A stretch of 64,000 bases of DNA from Owenia fusiformis (taxonomy: Eukaryota), in assembly GCA_903813345.2 (NCBI GenBank), contig CAIIXF020000001.1, forward strand, positions 26,474,001 to 26,538,000, given 5' to 3'. The translations under genes were made by a program, and so were the position numbers. Of the stretch, positions 36,899 through 51,600 are shown one piece after another; position 1 is the first letter of the stretch, and each line of letters begins with the position of its first letter. The notes below the pieces were generated by a model. The model made no database searches, was not told the origin of the DNA, and saw nothing but the letters and a program-made list of their open reading frames with translations.

Positions 36899-39039
36899 AA
36901 AGCTTAACTAAGGCCATTTTTGAAATTTTTGGTAAGCACTGAGTGATCTCGATTGACCTTCAATATACAAACATGTACCATGGTTTATACAGATGTAGGG
37001 AACCCAACCTAAGACCCAATAAGAAATTGTGGATGTGACAGCTTCTATTCTTGTCCTCATAGTTATATCAAACTAACAAACAATTTATTTCATTATAATA
37101 TGATAAATATTTGTATTGTAATATAAATAATGTATACAATCTCACTGATATATGACTATTCATTTCCAATGGTTGGAATGCTAATGAGTTATAATATTTG
37201 TTGTTAACAAGTAGAAAGGAATCATATCAAATATATATTTATCGCTACAAAATCCTGAAATGCCCTTTTATGGGCATGATCTAAAATATGCATATTTTAT
37301 CCTGCAAGTATCACAGCTTATTCTTGGACAGATCAAAATATCAGCAAAAAGCAAAGCACAAGGTTAATTTCATTTGGTGACAGTAACAAAGGCTATCTAA
37401 TAACCAGTTTTGTTCGTTTGGTAACATCACCGGGGTAACAAATCAAAATCTTTCTGAAGACTCCATGGTAGCAATTGCTTTCTTGATTTTTTGATTTCAA
37501 ATCAACCTCTACAAAAATTATTATTGAATGTTTTTTTTTTTATTTTAGGAGGAATGGTTGGAGGTAAACAAAATTAGCTCTGTGGTTTGGCTTGCATCAA
37601 TGTTTCGCTGTCTCCTTGTGTAACATACATGTATTTAACAAAATGGACGGAATGTTGTGCATGTATAAAGCACATATCAATTGATTTATAAATAAGTTAA
37701 GAGTCGTTGTTATTGAAAGACATAATCATTGTACTATTACATCACATGGTATGTTATATCATTGTACATTGTTAAAATGTTCATTGTAATGAACACACAT
37801 TATATAATATTTAAATATTATATGTAGCAAATAAATATTTTTACAAATGTAAATGTTAATTGTTAAGTGTATATTATTCAATAAGCTAGTCTAAAAATTA
37901 CAAACAGAATCACTAACTTTATTTGACTTACATATAATGAGTGGGGGTTAAATAAAAGCATTGGTTTTACATAGTGAGAGACAAAATAATAAATCTGTAA
38001 AAAGATATTGAACTACAACTGTTCCAAGCCTTTAGCTTTTTCACATCATAACGCCTGAATTGATCAAATTTTCACACATTTTGAATAAATAATTAAATAT
38101 TCATTAGCCTACATTCTTAATATCTGAACAAAAACATAAATATAAGTTTGCATGCACCACTTGATTTTAAATATCAGAGCAATTATTTATGCAAACTTTG
38201 ATATCAGTCAACATACATCAATTATAAATATTTTGATACATAATTCATATTATGTATTTTTATATAGCAGTCATGAAATTTTTAAATATGTAAACAAGAC
38301 AGTCAGATGCAAAACGTCTCCCCCTGCCATTTGTTACAAATGCTGAACACCAACAGCCAAATGCCTAACACCAACCACAAACCATCCATAAAAAGTTGGA
38401 GACTATAACAATATGTCACCACTTCTGGTGGTGACATAAAAACTATATGAGGTGAAATGCAAAGTCTCTGGACAACTTGTTTCTAAATATGGATATATAC
38501 AAAAACAGACATTTATAGACCCCAAAAAAAGTCTGGAACATTCATTGTTAACCCAAGTTTCAAAAATACTCAACAATAAATGAAAGATAATTAGATTCCA
38601 AACTTATTTGGGGCTTAAACAAAGCTTTAAAATACATAAACTATATTGCACATATTCATGAATTATTCTACCCAGAGAATACATCTTGGTGAATTAAAAA
38701 TAACTTAATCTCAAGTTAACAGTTTTTGAGTAAGAGTGTTAGTGAAGGACTCAAATTCTTGTTGATAAAACCTGTACCTTTAGTTATCAAGTAATTGTGT
38801 TGATACATGTACACATCAAAAATTATACATGTACAGAGAGTAGCCCTCTTGATACTCAGCGTACCCATCGACTAGGCCTATGGATAAATTCAGTTCTAAA
38901 GAACACTGAACTGTCTGAACTGTTGGCAATGTTTATGGCATCTGTTAATTGTGGTGTTATCTTCTTGTTTGATCACCTGACACATTCTAGCAGTTTAGAG
39001 TGTGTAGAATGACTTCATCTCTGCAAGTGCGATGGAGAT

Positions 39040-39645
39040 TGAATCAATTCCTAGTCTGATAAGGGACCTCTATAGGGACAACCGACGTCTTTAGGCCTTG
39101 ACTCAAGCAGGAGTTAATAAAATCAATACTCTTGTGTAATGGAGACTCGATCGATTCAATCTGAATAACTGAGGTCCTTAGACCTAGAATTGATCAGGAG
39201 TCTATAGAATTAAGGCTCCTGTTTAGACATTGATCCAATTTATAGTCTGACAAGGGGCCTCTTTATGAACAACTAAGGCCTTTGACTAATGATCAAGAGT
39301 CTGTAGAACTAGGGCTATTTCCTGCTAGACATTGATCCAATTCATAGTCTGACAAGGGGCCTCTTTATGAACAACTAAGGCCCTTGACTAATGATCAAGA
39401 GTCTGTACAACTAGGGCTATTTCCTGCTAGACATTGATCCAATTCATAGTCTGACAAGGGGCCTCTTTATGAACAACTAAGGCCCTTGACTAATGATCAA
39501 GAGTCTGTACAACTAGGGCTATTTCCTGCTAGACATTGATCCAATTCATAGTCTGACAAGGAGCCTCTTTATGAACAACTAAGGCCCTTGACTTGATCAA
39601 GAGTCTACAGATTCAAGACTACTTCCTCCTAGAGATTTACTCCTA
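39040..39645. repeat. 102-bp tandem repeat overlapping the stop codon and 3' UTR of the coiled-coil gene
   Basis: gctagacattgatccaattcatagtctgacaagg recurs at about 39324, 39426 and 39528, with degenerate copies to the left. Confidence 0.88.
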
Positions 39646-42600
39646 AACCCATTCATTGTACTCATTGTAAGGTGGGGGTTCTCTATGTGAACAGTTGTGA
39701 GCACCGAGTCTGTTACATTGGGATCCCAGGTTGATGTTAAACCTGGGCCCAGAGCATTGGACATATGGGAATGTGAGTTGAATGTTGGCTTCAAAGCATT
39801 CTGTAAGGCCTGTAAAAAGAAAATAAACAATAAATCATAAAATATATGGTCATTCATCCTCAGAATGAAAATGAAAATTGTTCAACATTTAAAAACGTCT
39901 CAGATCTTTTATTTTATTGACTTTAATCTAAAATTGAAAATGAATCATCTCGCGTATAAAACAAAGGATTAACATGACAAAATGTCACCACCTAATTGCT
40001 CACAATATTATTAGTTCAATCTTAAGTCAGATTTGAATTTCTGAGATCTTGTAGATGATTTTTAAAAAAAAAATCGGTCAATTTGAAGCAAGTGGAAAAA
40101 ATACCTTTTTGACCCTAATAAGGTCATTGAAGGTGACATTTCAAATCTAAAGTCAGATTTCAACTTCTGGGAATTTGTAGATGATTTTGAAATAAAATTT
40201 GGTCAATTTGAAGCAAGTTGAAAAAATACCTTGTTGACCTTTTTTGACCTTCAAAAGCTCACTGAAGGTCAAATCTTAAATATAAAGTCAGATTTGAACT
40301 TCTGAACAGAAAGGGGAAGGTCATTGAAGGTCAAATCTATAGTCAGATTTGAACTTTTGATAACTCCTAGATGATTTTGAAAACAGGACCTTGACCTTGA
40401 AAAGGTCAAATCACAAATCTAAAGTCAGATTTGAACTTCTGATAACTTGTAGATGATTTTGAAATAAGATTTGGTCAATTTGAAGTCAGTTGAAAAAAAG
40501 ACCTTGTTGACCTTTTTTTACCTCTAAAAGGTCAATGAAGGTCAAATCTTAAATATAAAGTCAGATTTGAACTTCTGAACACTTGTAGATGATTTTGAAA
40601 AATTTGTTACAGATGCCAACCGCCAACTGCCACCCACTGATCGCCAACCCCCAATCGCCAACCACCAACTGCCGTCACAGAAAACTGAGGACTTTTTTTA
40701 ATGATTAAGGGTTAATAATTCATTGTACTGTGTCTACCTTAAACTGTGAAGTGGTTACGATTAAATAAACTTCTATTGAGAATATGTGAATATGCCATTT
40801 AGTAATTGACACAAAGCATGATTAAAATAGTTTCTAATAACAACTAAAATGTGATCACAGTGAATCTGATATTTTCTAAGATTGACTATATTTAACTAAA
40901 TATCTTTCCATCATCTCCACTAAACTGCCCATCAGTTATTTGATTTGTAAAAATGATCGATTTATCAGAACTGGCCATGACTGATATCAACAATCAATCA
41001 GTATAACAACATTGACTACAAATAACCCCATGCTATATTTTACTAAACAAAACAATACACCCTCCACCAAAAGTCTAGTATGGAAAGAACCAGTGATCTA
41101 GTACCATTTTAGTGAAATGAATACTAAAGATATTAAAATACAAATACCTCTTCTTTCTGATTTTCCTGTAAAACGTATAATAAAACAACTCAACAATAAG
41201 TTCCTCTGAAAATATACTTTTTAGATTCAACTTTTAGAACACTTTATTTTGAGGAGAACATATAAGAATTTAAATTAATGACTCATTGATAACTTACCTC
41301 TTTTTGTTTTTCAAATCGTAATTCTTTAAGATTTTTTTCAATGTTGAGTTTCTGTTTATGAAGGGTGTCAAATTTTGACATGAGTTTTTGATTTTCTTCC
41401 TCTAGATAATGTGACCTGTTCTGTAGTAACATAAACTGTCGTTGTCGATCTCTGTAAGCCTCTTCTACCTCAGCATGTCTGCAATATTATACATGTACAA
41501 TGTAAATAGAAACAAGGCATTAACATGCAAAATGTCACAACCTGTCATTTGTTACAGATGACGAACGTCAAACACCAACCACAAAAAAGTTAGAGATTAT
41601 AACAATATATCACCACTTGAAACTTTATCAATCACATATATACTGTTCTCATCACATATACACCTGGATAAACATTTTCAAATCATCAATATATTCAAGT
41701 AAAATTTTTCTTTCTGTAAAATTTTGGTTAATTTTTTCATTATAAAAATGGAAAACTTCATGTAAATTCAGAATTGATTTTTTAAAAGACAATGCTCATT
41801 AAAACTGTTAATAATCATAAATAGACAACTCACTTGGCTAAAAGATCTCGCTTCTCTGTGATAAGTATGCGATAATCATCTTCCATCTTTTCTTTCCATT
41901 CATGTTCTTTGTTAAAGCTCCCTTTGGTGGTATACAGTTCCTGCTCCAAGCTGACAATCTTGGCATTCAATTTACTTTTTTCTTTGTTAAACAGTTCCCT
42001 GGAACAATAGAAATACAAGATTAGAGATGTGGAAGGGTGATGACGATGATCCTTGGAGGCAGTTCTTAGAGCAACCAAATGACTCATAAATATTTACTGA
42101 ATAAGATTATCATATAAAGATACGAGGGTTGATCATAAAGTTCTCATAATATCCCTCTAATTTCTATATTTTTCAATATATTCTAATGAAATTTTCACAA
42201 AATGTGCAGCATAGAATGTCTTATTGAATCAGATAAAAATATTTAGTTAAACAGAAATATTAAATAAGAAATGGTTGCCATAGTAACGGGAAATCAAGGC
42301 ACCCGGGGCAAATAAAAGTAATTGAGAGAATGGCTCTAATTAACCATTTTAACACACATAATAAACTCTCATAAATTACCAAACACGTTAAAATGTTAAC
42401 TTGAATATGTTGTCAAGTGCTTTTACTATTAAAAAAATTGATCATGTTGATTGTGTGGTGTCATAGGGGATGCTTTCATGCTTCATTAGATGTGATACGA
42501 GGGTCTGAGACTCAAAGCTAATGATCAGAAATGACTGTGTAAGAGAATGCAATAGATGCAGAGATCTTCAGAAAAATAAAATTCATATTGGTAATATGTT

Positions 42601-45600
42601 ATGTTAAGTGTGTAAGATCCTTTGGTCAGACTAAACATGATCTAAAACAAATATATTGCTAAGGTATTAACAAAATTACACCACGTGTGTGGTCTGTACA
42701 TGTTAAAAATGAACTAAAGGGGCAAAATCAATTTTCCTCGGGATATTTTACAAAACAGTCATGGGGTCTAACAGTCACTTCTAATGAAGCATAACAATCA
42801 TCCATTATGAGATCACACAATTCACATGACCATTATAATAGTTCACAACAGTCAAGACCACATATTATTTGACAATTTAATGTGTTTGACAGCTTATTTG
42901 ACAACTTATTATGTATTTAAACATGGTTAATAGGGGCCATTATAGCTAGTTTTTTTATTTGCCTCGGGTGCCTTGATTTCAAGTTACTATGGCAACCATT
43001 TCTTATTTAATGTTTCAGTTATCCTAAATATTTTTTGCTGGATTAATAAAACATTCCATGCTACACATTCTGTGAAAATTTCATAGAAAAATATTGAAAA
43101 GTAAAGAAATAAGAGAGATATTATGAGAACTTTATGATCAACCCTCATATGAAAATAGCTCTTTCAAACTTGTTTATCACATTAGAATTGTAACAAAAAT
43201 ATTAATTCTATACTATGAGTTATGGCAAATATATAACATTACATTTAATTGGGATAATTGCTAAAGACACCAACTGCTTAGCAATTTTGGTCTTTAACCA
43301 AAATAGACAATGACTATATGTTGAGTCATAAACTACAGTATTTCAATATTTATTCTTTAATTAAACATCAATGAGCTAACGACAATTAATTCATATTTTT
43401 AATTGTTTGAGTGATCAATCCAAAACAATTAAGTTGAAAATTGCTTGTATTCTTCTACCTTGCTTTTTGTAGTTGACTTTTATGTTTTTCCTTTCTCATT
43501 TCATATCGTTTTAATTGCAATTCATATTTCTCCGTCATTGCTAACAATTCAATTTGTAAAGTTTCTGTCTCTTGTTGGAAATCATGCATCTTCTGTACCA
43601 GTGAATGCTTGTTGTTTTCAGCAACCTGATGCTGCAAAATTATACAAGGCATTAACATGCAAAATGTCACTACCTGCCATTTGTTACCACTTGTGGTGGT
43701 AACATAACAACAATAAAACATGTTATGTGGAACACCTCTGAGGTACCTCAAAAAGTGCTCCACTTAGGAGGTATTCCACATCAATAGGTTCATTTTACAT
43801 AGAGATACTGTATAACATGTATTAAATCTGGGTGCTTTATTTTCCGAATTGGATTAAAATTGTTATTGCCGAATAAAAGTTTGCCGACCTGACAGTAAAG
43901 CCAACTAAAATATTGCCCACCTGACACCCCTTATATAATTTTGATTTACAACTGATCTACAATTTTAATCACCTCCATTTGATCGACTCAGAAAACCTGA
44001 CATCCCTAGTGATATAGATTATGAGTGATAGTTTGAGTAATTCCCACATTCGATAGACATAGAATTAATACCGAGATTAAAAACGTTTAATACCGGGTTT
44101 AAAACTTTTAATACTGGGATTTCCAAAGCACTCGGATACGATTATATCTTCTGAGATTTTAACTTTTTAATATGACGATCCATTTAATATTTTATATACA
44201 TGTTACTGCATGCATTTTAACTGCAACATTTTTATTATTAAAAAAGTTTCGAATCTATCGTATTTTATTTGAGTTTTGTTAAAGTATTGTAATTTGATAC
44301 TCATTAGAAAATTACAATAAGTTGACACTCATTAGACAACTACGATCACTAAGCACCACTAAGATCGATCTTCAATATCTTAATTACATGTATATTTCCG
44401 AATTTTATGTTGCCGTTTCTGTTTTACATTCGGCAATCGGCAATTTTATATCCACGGCAATATTTCATGATATACAGTAATTAATATCAATGATAAGTGG
44501 ACTTTGAAGTGTTCCACTTTTGGAGATGCTACACTTACAGAGGTGTTTCATTATCTCATACTTATTTAGGTGGGCCTAGTGAGACAACTTATGGAGCTAC
44601 ATGCAGAATGTGCCAATTATTTGGCCAGATAATTCACTGCAGTCTGAGCCTACCTTAGGTTCATGACAAAGAAAAGTATTAAAATGAAAGTTGTACTGAA
44701 CAAATTATTTTATAAACTTCATTTGCACAGTGGAGACCTCGAAAAAAGATAAATTAGAGAAGATAATTCAAAATTGTTGTGGTAGAATATGCAATAAGTT
44801 AAACAATCATACTGAAAATTGATAAAATGTGGAATCCACTCATACACTAGGCCTACAAGTAAACACAATGGCTCTTGGGTACTTTTTCAATGATTTTTAA
44901 AAATTCATTAAAAACAACCTATACACCTACCTTGTCTTTGATTTGTTTTGTGTCTTCTTTAACAGTAGCTATTTCAGAGTCTTTATCCAGTATATCATGT
45001 TGCAGCTTATGCATTTTCTCTTGTAGTTCAGCCTCCTTCTTACGAGAACTCTCCAGCTGAAGCTTCAACTCATCAGAGGTTTGTATCTCCAGTGACCTGA
45101 AAATATGTTTATGTAAAGAAAAATATATTTATCCCAATCATTCCATCTCAAATGTCTGAAGAACTTCCCGATCCTGCGATAGTTCATTCAGTGTGTTCAA
45201 AATGATGACCAAGAAATGGTTGGAGTTATTGTCTGACTGGCTATAAATTCATAAAAGCAATCCAAAAGATTTCAACTAATGCTTTGACTACTTCTTGGTT
45301 GTTTTGAAATATTTTATTGAGAAATAAGACCAAAACTCACCATTTTAAATTCTGAAGTGAAAAATGGTGGCAGTTTAATTGTGAATTTTGGTATCATGGC
45401 AGATAAGGTCATGACCTCTATGATATCAGATAATTGAGATGGAACGCTGAGAGGTAATCCTTCTTGGATACATCTCAATATATAATTTGGCCACAACAGG
45501 CCAGACATATTGAAAGTAAACTATGTTATAGTGACCTACTTGTTTAACCTCTCTTCATTTAGTTTGTTCTTCAATCTGAGTGACTCATCAACCTTAGCTT

Positions 45601-48600
45601 GAAGGTCTAATCGTAAGAGAGCCCCATCACGTAGCTGTGCCTCAGCTGTAGTCAGGCGTGACATGGCATCTTCAAGTTCAAACTGAAGTTCAGAAACCTG
45701 TAAAAATGAGTCAAAGTCATTCAATGTTGCCCTGAATCATCATCCTCCTAAGCAGGTATCCAGAATCCATACCTCCTTATTCCCCCTGCTAAAACCAACT
45801 TGGAAGCACCCGATTAAACTGAATCATGTGATCTAATTATGCGCAATGACTTATACCTGATTTCTGTCGCAGTGTTGCGACAGCCAATCAGATTGCGAGT
45901 TATTAATCGGGAAAATGCTAACTGCTTATCGCAGGGGGTAAAAAGAAAGGATATAATCTGGATTTCGAAGCCCTGTTATTGGAGGATGTGAATCATAAGT
46001 TCTAACATTTCAGATTGACACCATCCCTCCTCAAAATGACATTGTTTAACCATTTAAAAAATTGGTGTTAGCTAACGAAACATATGAGACTTGTTATACC
46101 TAGTCTAAAAAATAATTAAATATCAAAAATAGTTTGTTGGTATACACAATAGAGATTCTGTCTATTAACATTGTCCCTAACTTATGAGCATGACAGAATG
46201 TCACCACAAATGACCACTTCTTGGTGGTGACATAAAAAATTGTCCACAAAAAATTGAATCATAAGATTTTATAATCATGCAACATTTTAGTATGAAAAAG
46301 TAAAAAATGATCAATTTGATACATTTCGTAGGGGAGGGAGGTGCCATTAGAAACAATAATCCTGTCAATTAATTGGTTTTGAAGTAAAACACTGTCTATA
46401 ATTTCCAACATTTTTTCAGTATGTATTTTTATTTATCAGATATTTTGAGAGCATGATGATCTTATTGACATTACTTTAGAGTTGAATCTTTACAAACCTA
46501 ATGATACATTTATCATGCAATGAAATGATACTGAATATGAAAAATCAAAATGAGCTACTGTTTTATATATGTGTTAGTGTTATATGTGTTAGTCCCATAC
46601 ATACAAGAACAATATGTGTTTGTCTAAACCATTAATCCTGTTACATTGTTAGAGGAATATAACTTCTCAATAAATTATTGTTAACATTGGTTCAGAAAGA
46701 TTAAGAATTAGCAAGCACCCTTTCCCCATCAGTCACCACATAAGCTTGGTGTAATTCTTATCATAAGAAAGCAAACCTAAATGAATCATTTTGAAATTTT
46801 AGGAAGAAAGATATTCATTGACAGGTATGATTCTGCAAAATACACAAAATAAATATTGATGATTTGATCCTTCAAAATAGACAATGACAATGTGATCATT
46901 TAAGATAAACATTGACCAAGTGATTGTTTTAGACATGATCATGTGATCATTCAAGATAAACACTGATCATGTAACTATTCAAAATAACATTGTGATCATT
47001 CAACAAACATTGATCATTCAAGATAAAGCGGGTCTTGTATGAGTACCTAACGATACTGCCCTTTCTTGAGCTCTGATAAAGCTACTCAATAATGGACAAT
47101 CTTAAATCATGAATGCATCGAAGTTTTTCTCAAATGACTTAAAACCATAAACATGGTCCACACTTAAGATAGTCTGTTGACCATGTGATCCTACAAGATA
47201 ATAAACTTTGACCATGTGATTATGCAAGATAATAAACATTGATCGTGATCATGCAAGATAATAAACATTGACCATGTGATTATGCAAGATAATAAACATT
47301 GATCGTGATCATGCAAGATGATTAACACTGACCACATGACCATGCAAGATAATAAACATTGACCATATGATCATGCAAGATAATAAAACATTGACCATGC
47401 AAGATAATAGGTTTTGACCATGTGATCATGCAAGATAATAAACACTGACCATGTGATCATGCAAGATAATAAAACATTGAATTGACCGTGGGATAATACA
47501 AAATATGTGGTCCCTCAAGATAAACAATAACTACTTTGTAGATCATGTGATCAGGCAACTTCATACCCCAAATGTTTAGAGTTGTGTGTTCAAATGCTGG
47601 ACATTTACATACACAGAGGAATTAATAGAACATGTAAAACAACAGTGCAAAATTGTTACCTTATAAGGCAGTCGAATCTAAAGAGAAAGACACAAAAGCA
47701 TCAAATACAAATTCTAAATTGCATATTGAGTGTTAGGTCCAATTCATTCATAATGCATCATGCATGTTAAGTGACAAATCTATAAAACTGAAAGTAAAAA
47801 ACATTTAATTCACAGGAAATATTAAACACAGAATTCAAACTAACAAAAGCTTACACTGTTTCATTTAGAAAATCAACTGTAAAAGTGACATAACGCATAC
47901 TTACTCTTTTCTCTGCTAAATCTGCTCGTCGCTGTATTGCATTAAAGGATGACGTCCTGTCTGGTGACACACCACTATTCTGAAAACATTAAATGAAAAT
48001 TCAACAAAACAAAGTTAAACTGGGTTGTTTCAAACTGGATTAACGCAAAGTCCCTCTTTTGAAGGAGTTCAAGGCTTACACATATAGGTTTTAGAGATTT
48101 AGATAAGCACGACCTACAACTCTTAAGTTTCAATCATTTTTTAGCATCGGTTAATCTATATGCAGGACTAATTTTCCCCTACCAGTGGTGGATTCCCTTA
48201 AAATCAAATAGGAATTCAAGACTTACCCTTGCAATATCAGATTGCAGCTGGTTGTTGTCAGTCTCTAAACGGGAGATCTTTTCAAGTAGGTCTTTCATCT
48301 GGGCCCACACCTATATACACACAATGCTTATATTATCCCCAGTGGAGTTTCTTGGAGGGTGTTGTTTTCAGGTTATTTAATTATGTAGGGTTATGTAATG
48401 TTGTGTAATGTAATGTAATGTTATGTAATGGTATATTTTTATGATGCAATACATTTCTACGACTCCAAACATTCTTGTTTACTTCTTTATATTATTTAAT
48501 TCTGAGATATGTCAGTATCTTCATTTAAATAATGCCGACATCTGAGCTTGTTTATTTACTTATGCTAATGCACTGATGGCTATGTGACAAATTCATCAGA

Positions 48601-51600
48601 TCACGTGGTCACTCCAGTCTAGCAGTGAGTCTCTTAGCAGCTTACATGAAGCATTAGGGAGTAATATCAAACTGAATCTTTTTATATTGCCCTTAGATCA
48701 TAAAATACTGTTAGTCAAAATACTGAATTGTTGCACTCATTATCAAAATTTCTATTTTGTACACAATCACAAGAACAACATGAATTGAATAAATTATCTT
48801 CATAAACCCATAAAAATTCAAAATTCCCATACCTTACTAAGTTCTTGTTCAAGCAAAATATTTTTCTCTTCATATTCCTTCTTTGTTTGTATCTCATTTT
48901 GAAGCTGGACCTGCAGCCTACTGTCAGCCTGCTGGGACTGAGATACCTCCTTTAGTCTACTTAGCTCCTGGAATATAAAGGAGAGTAAAAATAACTGATC
49001 AATATATTTAAACAAGGTACAACATTTTAAATACTCATATCTTTTTTCACCACAGCTAGAGTGCTTAAATGCCATTGTGGTATTTTAACAACCACTTACA
49101 GCACATTCATTAATATCTCGAATAAAAAGAACTGATTTATGATTTTCTTGAATTTAGATTTGGTTCATGTTTCAAGGATAAATCTGTAGATAAGTCATCC
49201 ACTAACCATATATCTAAAATTCTATATCCCCTCAAACGCTATACAAGTATATAATAATAACAAAATCAAATTAATATCATAGCATCATGCTATTAAGTCA
49301 TTAAACATTTACCATTGCTTTCAGATAACCAATTTGTGCAGTGATTTTAGCTGCTTTCACTCCACAATATTAAAATAACAGCATGTTTATTCAATATATG
49401 TAATTTATAGCCCGATACCCTTGCGATAATAATTACAGTGCACTGAGTGGCAAAAATCAATCGTGTATCATTAGCACAATCAATATGAACAAATAAAAGT
49501 GGTATTTTTTAGAAGTCTCGCAATCTCTGTTGATAACTCTATGCATCCATGGCAAAACGCAAAATATTTGTTGCAAATACGAAGCAGTGGTGGTTAGGTG
49601 ATCGCCTGATAAACGCTAGAATGTGCAATTGTTATTACAGAATTTATCTTATTCCTTGGCACACTTGCTCCGATCTTCAACACTGGCGCCAGGCCAATGA
49701 GTATTTTGTTCAAAACTGAATGCAATTGTGAACAAAATACTCATTGACCAGGCGCCGGTAATGTAAATCGAAACAAATGTAACCATGGCATTAATGATGC
49801 TAAAATCAAAAATGTAATCACTCTGTGCATTCTCACACCTAAAAATACCTTCTCTTTAACATTACTAATTTCTTCTTTCAAAAGCTTATTCTGTTCCTTA
49901 AGTTTTTCCTTGGTATTTGACATAGCTTGTACAATTTTTGAATGCTCTAGCTTGAAAGCTTCGATCTCTTTTCTACTTTTTCGTTTGATGGATTTTAACT
50001 CCTTTTTATGTGTCCTACTCTCCAGCTGCAGTGCTTCCTCTGCCTGACTCTGTATAATAATATGATATCAGCATATTAATAAAGAATACAGTCATTATTA
50101 TTACCTGTACAATAAAACATGTCTAATCTGAACACCACTTGGACAGAGCAAACGTGTTTAAATTGCCCTTTTCAATATAAATGGAAAATTGATGGCATCA
50201 TGGGTATTGGTAGGGCTATGGTAGGGCTAGACTAAATGTATTGCCAGAGTCACTTAATTTCTTGATTTAGAAGTGATTTCATTTTGATCAACTTTAAACA
50301 CCATTGGAATGTGACTATTTATTCCATGATGGTGAAATTCCCTGCAATCTGATTGGTCCATGTGACTTAAATATATCCTGTATTTATACGCACTTTCCAC
50401 TTAGCATTGAATACAGAGTGAAAATGACGTCAGCGTTGGGATACGGTCCAGTATCCCAACGCCCCAGATTTCCATCCAGGATATGACTATTACTGAAAAA
50501 ATCAATGGCGATCTGTTTACACCAGCGCATGCTAATATTTGCATTTTGCTAGAAATATCTGATTTGAATATCAGGAAATGATACGGTGATCACCACAATT
50601 TATTATTTTAGGATAAAAAACACTCATCTGTAATTATAAAAAAATCAATATGAAGCATGCACATTGTTTTCATGAACTAGTAAAAATCCAATATGGCAGA
50701 CGAAAGTCGAAAAAACGTTTCGTTACACTGTTCCAGCTGATGAAATTGAAGAAAAATGTTGAAGAAAATCAAACGTATCGTATAATACAATAAAAGCAAA
50801 ACAACAAGGCCGAAAAGATTTTGAAGGAATATCGATGTAAAATGAGAGAAGGTTGATCTGTTTCTCCGGTCCCAAGACAAGGAAATGGACTTGATTTAGG
50901 GGAGTTTTATCTGAGTAATCATGGAATAAAAACATTATTCAATGATTTCTCGTGAAATACAGAAAATATTCTTCCCTTGAACGTCTGTATTTCACTCTGC
51001 TAGCGCATCCTGAAATACAACCTTCTCGGGAAGAATATTTTCTGTATTTCACTCGAATCATTGAATAACTTATAATATAGGCAGGTGTTCATATTTTGTG
51101 GTATTTATATGCAAGTCAATGGGAGATAACAAAATTAGGACAAAGAAAAAGTGTTCATATTGAGAGGTGTTCAGATAAATGAGGTGTTTGGATATATAGG
51201 TTTTACTTTACTGTATGCTTATTAAACACTCAATTACATTGGCCATGCACAGAACATGTCTATAAAGGGGATAACTGTGTTATACCAATTTAAGGAGATT
51301 GCACCAAAAGGAATTAAACCAATCAAAATAGTGATAATGCTTTTTTGGTACACAGCCTTTCAGTATAATGCACAAATGCTGTATTAAACAACTCTAGAAA
51401 ACATTCTGAAAACAAAATATTGATTAATACACATGCCAAAAGTGGCAATTTTTATTATTTCTTTTATTGAACAATAATCATTCCTCGCATTAGATGAATC
51501 ACAATCCTCAAGTGAAAGAAAGCAATATGATGTTGTGGGAATATATATCAAGACGATTGATGGAGCAGTACTCTTAAGGAGACACTTTATCTGCAACATT

